From positions 40,052,001 through 40,116,000 of the forward strand of contig OZ024747.1 in NCBI GenBank assembly GCA_964016885.1: a stretch of DNA of 64,000 nucleotides, read 5' to 3'. The notes under the pieces are model-generated. The model searched no databases and was not told the origin of the DNA. It saw only the letters and a list, made by a program, of their open reading frames with translations. This document shows positions 14,714 to 28,856 of the stretch, in pieces (position 1 is the stretch's first letter; every line of letters starts with the position of its first letter). Source of the DNA: Eledone cirrhosa. Lineage: Eukaryota. A program made the position numbers and the translations under genes.

Positions 14714-15091
14714 TTTCTCCGACAAATGATATAAATACAGCCTTTACTATCAAATGGCATGGCTATAGCACATGAAGCCCCATTATTCCTCTGCCAATTC
14801 TTCAACAAATTTCACTCATGCTACCACCATTAACTACAAAGTCAGTAATCGAGAATCCAAAATATTTTCACTCATATAAACTATCAATCCTTTTATAATA
14901 TCCAGCTGTTTATGTAACTAAACTTACCTCAGGATGCCTTTTAAATAAATCATTATGCTTTTGCCTATAAGCAGTAATTCTAAATATAACTACTTCACCG
15001 ATAAACCAGTAAGTATTCTATTTAATCTAACCCTTAAGCAGAACCTTTACGGGATACGCAGCTAGCCATTACTGCTCTTGCTTCAATAATT

Positions 15092-15169
<78 letters not shown>

Positions 15170-15480
15170 GCACAAATGTCATATATTTATGTCTTTGTCT
15201 CACTTGATATAATGATTGTATATAGATATACGGAATCACTTATGTCGATTGAGACATGTACTTACATAATTAATATATATATTCCTTCTTATATACGCAT
15301 GCAAAAATGATTGGAAATTTTCTAGTAAAAGTATACAATTATACAAGCATATTCACACACATTTAACACGCCCCGCAACACACTTGGAAATAGTAAAAGA
15401 AGAAATTCATACCGAATTCATATTAGTTACAAATAAACAAATGTATACTCTAACAAGACCAGTCAAGCAGTACACTCATA

Positions 15481-15664
<184 letters not shown>

Positions 15665-16361
15665 GTGAGTATTATTGTACGCATAATCACTCCGCAGGAT
15701 ACTTAAAGTGCTTCTGTCAACTGACAAATGTTCCATTCTTCCCACCGTGCATTAGTATCAATTTTGCAATAGACCACCGCCGTATTAACTGACTGCAACG
15801 ATCAAAGTTAAAATCAGATATCTTGATGGAAGATATTAGGTTTTCTTACATGTAATTACGTTTGAAACTGGGAGATAACTTTGTGTTGATCCAATGTCAC
15901 ACGCAGGGACGTCTAGATGGATTTTGATCGAGATATGTAACTAAAGAATACTTTAGTTCTTTATTTATATAATCCCCTTTCTTTCTGTTATTATTTAACT
16001 GTACATGGTTTAAAGGATATGCTGCTGGTTTCACAATCGTTACGTCATCGTTTCACTTCCCTAATTGGGCGGTGTGTTGTGTTCTTGAGTAAAATAATTC
16101 ATTTCACGTTACTCCTTTTATCAGAATGTATGACCGGCCTTTCATCCTTTCGAGGTCAACAAAAATAGTACCAGTCTAGTACTGGGATTGATTCTTCCTC
16201 CATATTTCTTTGTCACTTCCTATCTCTCACTTTCTATCCTCCACTGTAAGAAATCTGCTGGAGAGGGATGGGCTCCGCCAGGCTTAAAAGTGCCCAGGAA
16301 ATACCGTATGTTACTGCGGCGCCCCTACGACACCACCAGGAGCTACGGGGCGAAGGAAAGA

Positions 16362-16594
<233 letters not shown>

Positions 16595-17657
16595 ATATAA
16601 TTTCTACTTTTCTCATTAAGTTTTTGTATGTGTATTTTTTATACTCTACATATTTCAATGTGCATGATCATTTAATTATTTACTTTTTTATAGCAAAACA
16701 CCTGAATTTGGATCTAGTCCTATGATATATACCTGTTAGTTTAAAAAGCTTATATTTATCTATTAAACCCATATCATAATTTTATGTATGGAGATTTGTT
16801 AAGTTCCAAATACCAGCTTAATGTTGAGATTTTTCTTTTCTTAAGAATTTAATATTTAATTCAAGCATACACAAAAATAAAGCAGCATTTGAAAGGAATA
16901 AATATTCTATAAATGAGAGGAAAAGGGGCGAAAGAGCGAGGGCTATTAGGCAATGGAAGAAAAAAGGGTAGAAGGAGAGAGAGTGAAAGACTCTACACCT
17001 AGGTCAGAGCTGTGTTTCAGCTGCGCCTCTCGGACAAAATGGCAAAAGCATTTCTGCGGACAATATCCAGCGGAACCCACCGCATCAACCACTCCACCTC
17101 GTGGGGTTCCTTTCTCAGACGGGCGGCTGTCATTCCGATTTTTAAATTACCCTTTCCAATAGAGTTGGTGATTATTTCTAAACTTATATGAAAAAAATCA
17201 TAGGTAGTGTATTTTATTAGCAATATTGTTAGAAAAAGGTTAAAGAACAAATGCCAAAAGTATCAATGTACTAATGACAGTTCTTGTACAGAGACAGATA
17301 TTTCGATTTAATTAATATTTTATGTTCATTTATTTGTTTGCTTGTTGTTAGATTGTTTTGTTTTTGTTCGTTTCGGGTTGTTTTTTTTCTTGTTTATTTT
17401 TTATTTTTGCTGCTTTATTTTTGGTTCCAGTACGATTAGCTTTTCAAAATAAAAAAATAAATAAAAATTGATGTATGAAGAATGTAGGGTTCATAAAAAA
17501 TAGTATGTTGTTTTCAACTTTGAAATATATACAAATAACTTACAGCAGTTTAAATGCACGATCAATACATTATCGACTCGTTTAGCCCAAGTTTTATAAG
17601 ATTTCCCGTGCGCGCATATACATAAATACGTACATATATACATACACACACACACAG

Positions 17658-17696
<39 letters not shown>

Positions 17697-17806
17697 CACC
17701 GGCACACATTCGATTTTGTTTTCGAGGAGAGTATAATTCAATTTATTTTTGAAACTAAATTACTTCTCTGTAAAGCATAACAAATTAAAGGAAGTTGAAT
17801 AAATGG

Positions 17807-17838
<32 letters not shown>

Positions 17839-18644
17839 ATGTGTGTGCACGCGCACGTATGTGTGTGTGCATGTGCATGAACGTGTTTGTGTGTGTGATT
17901 ATATATTTGCCTGTGTGCGGGCTTGTGTGTCTAGAAGTGAAAACTATCAACAAAGAGCCCGCTGGATAAAGCTGGAAAATAGCTGTTTCCCATTTGAAGC
18001 CATTTATTTCACTTCTTTTGTGTCCTGAACACCATTGGAAAAGATGTGAACGTAATAATTTTCTCATTGAGCCGTTACCCTAAAATATAGGGTATTTGCA
18101 CCCAGTCATAATAAATCAATATCGAGATCGATTGCTGCTAATCTCAATCCATAAATTATATTGTTGCCTATCTTAATGCATAAATTATGTTACTGCCAAA
18201 TATGAAGGGGTTATTCACTGAATACATAAATTGTTCATATTTTATATATTATAGTTATTTGAAGCTAACATGCAGTTATTGTTGCAGTGGTTGCCTTGCC
18301 CCTAGCGTGTCTTTATTGAGCTGACCTAAGATCAAAAGAGATTTCCAGTCTTGACCCCCCCCCCCCCCCCCCACAAACTGGATTCACAAATAACCATTGT
18401 TATACTTTCATGTAATGTAGCCACTTGATATTAAAGTAGTTGTTTTTTAGCTCCTGGTTTATCAAAGTCGTTCTAGCCGCTACTATTTACAAATGTGTAC
18501 CAGACTCACTGTAGCACATTGTACAGTGTGCCCTTCCTTTTTGACCCAAGCTTTGATGGTAATAATAAAATGTAAATTAAGAGTGGTTGCTTGCTATTTT
18601 TAACATAAGGAATGACTAGACAGAATTGCTCGCATTTAGCTCAA

Positions 18645-18842
18645 ATCGGACCGAGGAAACAATATTTCCATTGGTCTTTCCAATTGCTATTACTATTTAT
18701 CGGTCGCAACTCCAGGTAGAAGGAGCAACGTGAAATAAAGTGTCTTGCCCAAGGACATAACGCATCGTCCGGTCCAGGAATCGAACTCTCAACCTCACGA
18801 TTGAGAGTTCAATTCTCTTACCACTCAGCCACGCGCCTTCAC
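18645..18842 (-). mobile_element. tRNA-derived CORE-type SINE (family 2)
   Basis: Minus strand: A box tggctgagtgg, B box gagttcgattcc, CORE-like gtccttgggcaagacacttt; homologous to 27135-27328. Confidence 0.75.
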
Positions 18843-19870
18843 AGAATATAATAAACATGTTTATTTCCATTGCTTTTTGGAATGCCTTTCACCATTTATG
18901 AGTTTATAAAATATGTACCTGTCAAATACTGGGTAGAGCTCATCAAGTGTTTCCTTCTACATAATTTCTGTTGTTGTTTCTAATATTAGAGACTATTACT
19001 GCAGTAAAATAAAGATGTGTACTCAAAACCATTGACACCCTTGACTCCCTTCTACCGGAACAATATTTCCGACCAACGATTGAACATGTACACACACTAC
19101 TCACCAGACATATTGTATATAATTTTGTATCTGTATACATGTGTGTGTGTCTGTATTTGTCTGTGAGCGTTTGTGTGTGTCTGTATTTGTGTATGAGTGT
19201 TTCCGTGTGACTGTAACTGTGTGTATAAATATATGTGTGCATTATTGTACATGTGATGCTGTGATGATTATTGACATTCATATTTCAACACGGTGACTTA
19301 TCAATGCATCAGCATGCATCACTGGACTAAGGACATTTTTAATTAAACTGCACGTGCACCGTTCTATGAGAAGGAAAGTATCAATTGTGTATATATAAAA
19401 ATCCTTATCTCTATGAAAATCTACTCAACGCCACCTGCTACTCCACCATCCTCGTTTAAGCACTGAGTTCTATTTAGCTTTTTTTTAAACTTTCATTTCT
19501 CTTTCCATATGCTTCGTCTTCTTTCCTTTCTTTCTCTTCATATCCTTCGTCTTTGCGTTTGAAGATTATATATTTGTTCAATATTTCCTAAAATTGTCGA
19601 CATTCAAATTTTGAAGATGTATCAATTGGGGGAGTAAACTTTGATGGAAACTATGGCGATTGTGGTGTTGTAGTGTTACAAGTTGTTTAGGCGTTTGTGT
19701 TCCCTTGTTGTTTGTGATGATGTTAGTAGTTGAAAGGTATAACATGGTTGACATGAAACTTAACGGAGATTATAAAAACTATTTTATTATATTTTTATAA
19801 TATTGGTTCTACTTTCTGTTTTCTGTTATTTCCCCTATTAAATTTGTCATTTCAGTGACTACTAAATTTC

Positions 19871-19972
<102 letters not shown>

Positions 19973-20179
19973 GGGTTATTAAAATGAATACTGATTCAAT
20001 GAGTCAGAGATTTTTTTTATAATATTCATATATAGAAATAAATTCTGTGTTTATTGTTTCATATGTTTTTTTTTTTCATCATATTCTTAAAACAAATATA
20101 TATTTATATATTTTCTGTGTGTTCTTGATAGTTCAGGATGTGTGTGTGATAGTTCAGGATGTGTGTGTGATAGTTCAGG

Positions 20180-20294
<115 letters not shown>

Positions 20295-22665
20295 CGTGTG
20301 CGTATGTGCGTGTGTGTGTGTGTGTGTGTGTCAGCGTGTTACTGAGTACACATTTCTATATTCCGGAAACGTAGTTGATTGGATTCACTTTATTTATAAA
20401 ATTGTTTATAATTATTCATGTTGCTGATGATGACGTGAATACTTTTTCGTGTGGTTAGTTAGCAATCAAATAATGAATTCGAGACCGGATTTTATATAGA
20501 ATACACACTCCTTTATTGATAACCAATAGTTAGCAAGGACAATTAAGATGACAAATAATGAGGAGTTAGTCTTATTGGTGGTGGTTTTAATGGATACAAG
20601 AAGTAATAGTAAGTGCGGGCGGTTTTAATGTTGTTTTAATTTTCTGGTAGCAATGGGGAGATATTGAGAATATTTGAAATAGTAAAACTGAACTTATCTT
20701 CAGTTTGGTTCCGAAATTTCCTTGGATGTTATTTTAGAACATCAGTAATCATTTGTATAGAAGTTACCCTGTAAATATGATATTGGGCAAGTTTTAATGG
20801 GATCGTACTGTATTGATTACAGAACAATCAACAATTCTTACTTTATTATCAAGCTTGTTCTGTAAAGAACTAACTTCAGATTGTGATCTCTTGGATAAAC
20901 GTGAATAAGCCATAACAAATCACCCTCTACATTTGTATTGGAGCTGAACATCACTTTCTAATTAGAAGTATGGAGGTGAACAAAAGATTTCGATTATATC
21001 TTTCATAGTAATTGAGCAAACGTAAAGGAAATTATTCCTTGCTAAAATTAAATGAAACTAATCACAAATTCTCTTAATATAGAGATCTGGGATCGGTCAA
21101 ATAAATTATTAATTTAGTGTTCTCTAAGGCTTCCTAATGATTGATTATCAACATAACTGAATAGAAAAAGATTCGGCTTTTAGGCTTGTGGCGTGAAAAG
21201 GCTTATTCTGTCAAAGGTTGAATATACCGTTGCTAAAATACAACACCGAATTTATACAACGAATGAGGATGTTGATGTTCACTGGGAAAAAAAACGTAGT
21301 AAATAATTTGCTGGTCACCTTGTTAAAAAGAAGTAGAAAATGGTTTGCTGGTCACCTTGAAATTTCGTGATTGTATCAGATGTCATTGAATAAAAGAAAT
21401 CAGTTGTGTAGCATATTAGGTAATATATTTTTGCTTATCATTTTAAACTTTGATTAAGATGGCTTCAAATTCTTTGTCGTCTGTTATCATCTCTGATACT
21501 TCTCATATATAACATTAATTTCAAATTCGTTTTATACAGAATATTCGAACAGAAGATTTTTATTTATGTTCTGTGAGGATATCTTATATGTATTTAAGAA
21601 TATTACATAATAGGTAATGTCTCAGCTTCTATATTTATAAGTTCAGATTCTTTACAATTGTACACGCTTCCACTTTTTTTCATTTTATCGCTTCTAAAAT
21701 TAAATGAAAGCCTTTTTTAGTATAGTGATTAAGAAACGTTACCTCAATCGTGTTCTGTATGATTATGGGGAAACAATATATTGTTTATGTGATAGAAAAT
21801 TCGGCTTTGATTCACATATGAGAATAGTTAACTCTTTAAATATGCAGTGTTATAAAGTATCATTTGCATCAGTATCATTACGCCTACACACAAACATATA
21901 TATACATACACACACATACACACACATACACACACACACACAGACACACGCATATATATATATATACACAACTCACACCCTCGACAATATAACCCCCCCC
22001 CCCTCCCCCACATGCAAAAGACAATATTACTAGATTCTACATATACAACACACAGAAAAGATACAAGAAAGAACAATTTACAAGCATGCTTTGTGCAATC
22101 ACAATAACCAGGTTTGACCCAGAAAATAAAACAATAACAATAACGAACAATAGATATATCGTGGGCTCTTCTTGTCTTAATTAGACCCAAATCCCTCCGC
22201 AGAAAAACTGAATGGGGCCAAAAAACAAATAAATATGAATACTCCATATCATTAGAAATTGTGCAAGGACCACACCCACAAAACTATTAAAGATGAAAAA
22301 TCGTATGAACATGTGAGAAGCACAGTTTGTTTCAGGAGGAAGCATTTATTTCCAAAATTGTTTTCTTACATGAAAAACCACTTCCAAATGTTCACGTATG
22401 TGTACAATACTTCAGAACACTATTACAACAACATTCTAAAAACAACTCCCCTGCATAAAGTGTACAAGCATGAAGGAAACACACAGATATCTATATCAAT
22501 AGATTCAATAGCCGAAAAACAATACGCACCGCAATTCAACTCACATACATACGGTAAAAGGGATATACAGGTCATACGAAAGAAGTTACAAAACATGTGG
22601 GAATGTACAGATAAGAGTACTTCTTATCATTAAAGATCACATGATAAACGTGGTTAGTTGGAAAA

Positions 22666-24360
22666 ATCATAATACAGAGTAGAAACATAATACAGAGTAG
22701 AAACTTAATACAGAGTAGGAACATAATACAGAGTAGGAACATAATAGAGTGTAGGAACATAATACAGTGTAGGAACATAATACAGAGTAGGAACATAATA
22801 CAGAGTAGAAACATAATACAGAGTAGAAACATAATACAGGGTAGGAACATAATACAGAGTAGAAACATAATACAGGGTAGGAACATAATACAGAGTAGGA
22901 ACATAATACAGAGTGGAAACATAATACAGAGTAGAAACATAATACAGGGTAGGAACATAATACAGGGTAGGAACATAATACAGAGTAGGAACATAATACA
23001 GGGTAGGAACATAATAAAGGGTAGGAACATAATACAGAGTAGGAACATAATACAGAGTGGAAACATAATACAGAGTAGGAACATAATACAGGGTAGGAAC
23101 ATAATACAGAGTAGGAACATAATACAGAGTAGGAACATAATACAGAGTAGGAACATAATACAGAGTAGAAACATAATACAGAGTAGGAACATAATACAGA
23201 GTAGAAACATAATACAGGGTAGGAACATAATACAGGGTAGGAACATAATACAGAGTAGGAACATAATACAGAGTAGGAACATAATACAGTGTAGGAACAT
23301 AATACAGAGTAGAAACATAATACAGGGTAGGAACATAATACAGAGTAGGAACATAATACAGAGTAGGAACATAATACAGAGTAGGAACATAATAGAGTGT
23401 AGGAACATAATACAGTGTAGGAACATAATACAGAGTAGGAACATAATACAGAGTAGAAACATAATACAGAGTAGAAACATAATACAGGGTAGGAACATAA
23501 TACAGAGTAGAAACATAATACAGGGTAGGAACATAATACAGAGTAGGAACATAATATAGAGTGGAAACATAATACAGAGTAGAAACATAATACAGGGTAG
23601 GAACATAATACAGGGTAGGAACATAATACAGAGTAGGAACATAATACAGGGTAGGAACATAATAAAGGGTAGGAACATAATACAGAGTAGGAACATAATA
23701 CAGAGTGGAAACATAATACAGAGTAGGAACATAATACAGGGTAGGAACATAATACAGAGTAGGACCATAATACAGAGTAGGAACATAATACAGAGTAGGA
23801 ACATAATACAGAGTAGAAACATAATACAGAGTAGGAACATAATACAGAGGAGAAAGATAATACAGGGTAGGAACATAATACAGGGTAGGAACATAATACA
23901 GAGTAGGAACATAATACAGAGTAGGAACATAATACAGTGTAGGAACATAATACAGAGTAGAAACATAATACAGGGTAGGAACATAATACAGAGTAGGAAC
24001 ATAATACAGAGTAGGAACATAATACAGAGTAGGAACATAATACAGGGTAGGAACATAATACAGAGTAGGAACATAATACAGGGTAGGAACATAATACAGG
24101 GTAGGATCATAATACAGAGTAGGAACATAATACAGAGTAGGAACATAATACAGAGTAGAAACATAATACAGAGTAGGAACATAATACAGAGTAGGAACAT
24201 AATACAGAGTAGGAACATAATACAGAGTAGGAACATAATACAGAGTAGGAACATAATACAGAGTAGGAACATAATACAGAGTAGGAACATAATACGGAGT
24301 AGGAACATAATACAGAGTAGGAACATAATACGGAGTAGGAACATAATACAGAGTAGGAAC
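22666..24360. repeat. 18-bp minisatellite (aacataatacagagtagg, about 94 units) with 648-bp higher-order duplication
   Basis: Direct inspection; diagnostic variant units recur 648 bp apart. Confidence 0.95.
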
Positions 24361-25645
24361 AGTTTGAAAATATAGTCAAACAAAAGATATAAGTGCAGAC
24401 AACCACAATAAGATGAGAACCGCAAACTAGATAGGATCAAAGCGCCCCATGACTCCCACTATCATCTATTCCAATAAGCCTTAATCAGAGAGCATATTTG
24501 AGCTTTATTTAAGTCTCGCACGTTCATCTGGGTAGGTATTTGTTATATAGATTCATGGCGTGTCGGTTACCAAAGTTCTATCCGTTTTGTGTTTGATATA
24601 ACTTACTTCTATCTCCGCATTAGTCCACGCAGTATACTCCTTGTTCTTTCTCGTCAATAAAATGAAAACTACAAGTGGATTGCCGGGGCAAACACAATCC
24701 AATATATCTTCCCCAAAATATCTGACCTTAGGCCTGGCTTATATAGTACCTTTATTTATTATTAATTTATTAACCTAAAATCAAATCAAGATTTGATTGT
24801 TATTGTTACTGATATTGTAATATACGAAGTACCCTATATTGAATCATAAATTAAGTCATCAAAACATCTCAAACGACACCGATGGTTACAATTAACTCAT
24901 ATTAAACGCTTCTATGCTATCACTTCACTCAAATTATATCTTACAGTCTTTAAAAAAGGACAGATACATTATAATAATCCTATGTGTCTATAAACGGCGG
25001 GATAGTTATGATTTGAATGATTCTGATCGTATCGATCAGAACTTACTTGGGGCTAAACAAACTTAACAACAAAAATTAATTGTGATTAATTGCGTTAATT
25101 AATTATGTTCTGTCTTGGAGTTAAATATTGATTATATCAACGTGATCAACTGACCTTGCGGCATATTCATAAAGGAAACTGTAATTGAGAAATATGAAAG
25201 TGGAGCGATTTTTCTAGAAAATTACATCTAGAAATATATATGAACATTTAAGAGAAGGGAAAAAGCTAAGTGTAGTCCTTTGACTTGCTAAAAATAGTAT
25301 CCAAATCCCTCTAAAATTATATACACCCTGTCTTCTTAAAAAGGCAAGATAGTTACATATTAAATGCCTTTAGTTAATGTTATGTTTCATTCCATCATAG
25401 AAACATAGTAATTTCATCTGGGCAATAACGGAAAGTGTATGTCCATTCGCTGGTCAGAGTGGGCAGTTTTTGTTTGGATGCTTGGACATTCAAATTCCTG
25501 TTTGTCTGAGACGAGAAATTTATTTGGTTGGGCTTTAAGTTGACTTTCACCATTTAATGTGTGAATCCAGAGCAGGTTCATCATAGGTGTATACCTGCTT
25601 TGCACCATCCAAAATGTTATTAAGTTCTGTATGTAGGCCGATGAC

Positions 25646-26710
25646 AATAATAATAATAATAATGATAATAATAATAATAATGCTTTCTTTATTAACCACA
25701 AGGGTCTACATAAAGTAGACATTAAGGACAGTACAGGACAATACAGGGTGGTACAAATGGGCATTTCTGCGTGTAAAAAACAAGAAACAGAGGATGTAAT
25801 AATAGAACAATGAAAAAATTCCCCAATAGGGGGGAGACTTCCGAGGGACATTCGTGGAGAAAGCCCATTAAAAAGCCACAGTGACCCTGACCACCAGGGC
25901 AAGTGCTCTCTCCCAGTTTTCCACCTTTACTTTACAGACACATACTCAGAGTAGGCCCATTCACTCGGGCCATTCTTGCCTCTCTCACCCATCTTTCAAC
26001 AAAATGCTGGGAAGAGAGCACTTCCCTTTCTACCCTGATTTTCCTTTTCAAATGAAATTTGAAAAAGTTAATCAGGGCATCACCGAAGAGGTAAGTGCTC
26101 GTCTTCAGCCCTTTCAAACGTGTCCACCATACTATCTCTTTCGCCGTGGCCACCTGACAGATAAAAACTGCCTGCTCTTCCCGGCTAAAGGAAGAGGGCG
26201 GGGCAATCCTCACGATGGACTCAGCTGATAGCTGGATCCGTCCTACACGCGACAGCAGGTGTTCGACATAAACCCACAAGTCAGCAATGCTCGGACACTG
26301 GACGAGTGCGTGCAGGACGGTTTCGTCGCCCTGCGCGCATCTCGGACATGCCCTGGTGACGGCACCTCCATGCCTGTAGAGTTTTTCCCGAACTGGCAAA
26401 GCTCCTCGGTATCACTGCCAGGCCAGGGATTTCTGGAAGTTGTCCATAGGCCCCGGCCCGAAAGTTCTTCCGAAGAGATTGGCTAGTTGATTTTCGTCGA
26501 CGCCTAGAGTTTCTCCAAGTACGTCGTCGCTCTTCCCCTCCACTAATCCTCTATAGAACGCCAAGGTGGAGTTTCCACCGATCACATTGCCCGATTGGTC
26601 GAGGGCTGTGAGCGCCTGAAGACATTGCAGTCTCCAAGCGCTCCCTCTCGGTCTTCGCTTGACCCAGGACTGCAGCTCCGTCAAGGAGACGAGCTGGGGA
26701 AAGACGCGTC

Positions 26711-26711
<1 letters not shown>
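25646..26711 (-). mobile_element. 5'-truncated Tx1/L1-clade LINE 3' end (zf-RVT CCHC region, 3' UTR, TTA tail) in an (AAT)n tract
   Basis: ORFs 26412..26684 and 25932..26399 share one frame broken by a single TGA; motif LPVREKL..CPRC..DETVLHALVQC..LW; (AAT)n on both flanks. Confidence 0.88.
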
Positions 26712-26757
<46 letters not shown>

Positions 26758-26760
26758 TAC

Positions 26761-26844
<84 letters not shown>

Positions 26845-27134
26845 AATGATTAGAATTTTATCCTCACCCTAGCAAATAACAAAAGCACGAATGCAGGCCA
26901 CTGGACATGGTTGAAGAGAGGATAAGCATGTTAATGATTTTAAAAGAAAATGTAATCTCATGTTTCTTTTTCGTTGTCTTGAAACAACAGTAAGGAATCT
27001 GTTGTTCAGTAATTCTATATTGAAGTCATTTCCTGACGAATCTCCATAGACGAGGGTTAAATCTAAATCCAGCACTAGTTCAAATTAATGAAACGTTCGA
27101 AAATTCACCAGAATTTCTTTTGAATACATCGGTA

Positions 27135-27328
27135 GTGAAAGAGCGTGGCTTAGTGGTTAGAGAAATCGACCATAATTGTGAGCTTGCGAATTCAATTCCC
27201 AGACCGAGCGATGCGTTATGTATTTGAGGAAGACACTTTATTTCACATTGATCCTTCTGCCAGGAGTTGCGACCAGTAGATAGTATCAGCAATGGAAAGA
27301 CCAATGGAAATAGTTTCTTCGCTCCGAT
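27135..27328 (+). mobile_element. CORE-type SINE (family 2)
   Basis: Homologous to 18645-18842. Confidence 0.7.
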
Positions 27329-28479
27329 CGTCTTCTTTCTTTTCCTTACTTGATTAAACGCATACCACATTTCGGGCGCGGTGACTATGTTAGGAAAGAT
27401 GATTTATAGAATAAAAATAAGGAACTTCCAAAAGACTTTATAATTAGAAAACATTGAATGTCGTTTGCTTGATAATAACTATTGAAATTTAATGACAGGC
27501 GTTCATATATATAATGTTTTAGCTGTATTTTTCTACGCCTATTTAATTGACATTTTCTTTATTTTTGTGTCTCCGTTGAGTAGTTAATATTTCTCTCTCT
27601 ACTCTTATTTGCCTGTTTCCTCCTCTCTCCTTCCGCGTGTTTTGAGTTGAAACATAAAATAGTGCGATGTTACTCCAAATTTTTATAGTTTCATTGAAAA
27701 TTAAGTCATCCCATGCATGACATGCGTGAAGTTAGAAGTTAGTTTAAACCCGTTATTGGCTTGGTAGTTGATTTGATGAGCAATGACATATGCGTCTTTT
27801 CTTCAATTCAATTTCGTGTGCGGTTTAGTGGAGACGAAAATAGAAAATAAACAAATAAATATTATGAAGAATCATGGAAAAGATGCAGTCATGTTATTGT
27901 TTAACTGTAATGAAAAGAAACAACACAATAGTGATAATAGCTCTGTTTCAATAACAGTAAAACGGTGGGAGGATGCGAAAAGAGATTCTTTTAACGAACA
28001 AGTAAAAACAAAATCTTAACAAAAAAAGAAAAAAACTTGAGGGAAATTAATGTTTTGTTGTTGCCAAAATTGTTGTTTTTGTTGATTCTTTGTATTATTA
28101 TTATTTTGTAAGCAGGAGCAACCGATAGAAGAGACAATAAAGGAAACAAATCTTTAAAAAAAAAAACGATACACATTGATGAAAACATACAGTTCAAACT
28201 TTGACTTATGACGAATAGCAAACGTTCTTGTGTCGCTCAGAGATTTCTAAAAAATAAAGTAAAATTGCTCAATGTTATTCTTCCGCCAATCATGTTGGTA
28301 CTAATGTTGTTACCGTTGAATTGTATAATAAGGTACTGTTGTAGTGAAATAGCTTATTGTGGTAGTAGTGATGATAATGATAGAGGAACTTGTGTTAGTA
28401 TCGACAGCAATATCAGGCCTATCAACTACAACTACAACATCGACTTTACTGTTATCATACGATCAGCCTTGTAGTCATT

Positions 28480-28492
28480 ATCACCATGATGG

Positions 28493-28524
<32 letters not shown>

Positions 28525-28690
28525 GCCCTGATAATAATAAACAACATTGTCATCATCGTTATCGTCATCATCATCATCATCATCATCATCATCAGTAGCT
28601 GCAGCAACAGCAGCAACACTGTCATTGTTGTCGGACGTCATCATCATCCCCTTCATCATATTCACCACTACCAATCACCACCAGCACAAC

Positions 28691-28722
<32 letters not shown>

Positions 28723-28856
28723 CCACCATCATCACCCTCCTGATCATATTCACCACCACCACAACCATTATCATCCTCCTCATTAATATCAGCATCATCA
28801 TCATCATCATCATATTCATCAACATCATCACCATCATCATCACCATCATCATCACT
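28480..28856. repeat. Compound (GAT)n/(CAT)n low-complexity region
   Basis: Direct inspection. Confidence 0.9.

Noticed and set aside
17430-17460. RLAFQ-like peptide as possible TH exon 1
   Set aside because: Runs into an A-rich stop, with no donor site or start context.
22666-24360. CRISPR-like array
   Set aside because: No unique spacers; eukaryotic context; pure tandem repeat.
22572-24440. 622-aa ORF (CIMFLL repeats)
   Set aside because: By-product of an 18-bp tandem repeat; no splice signals or domain evidence.
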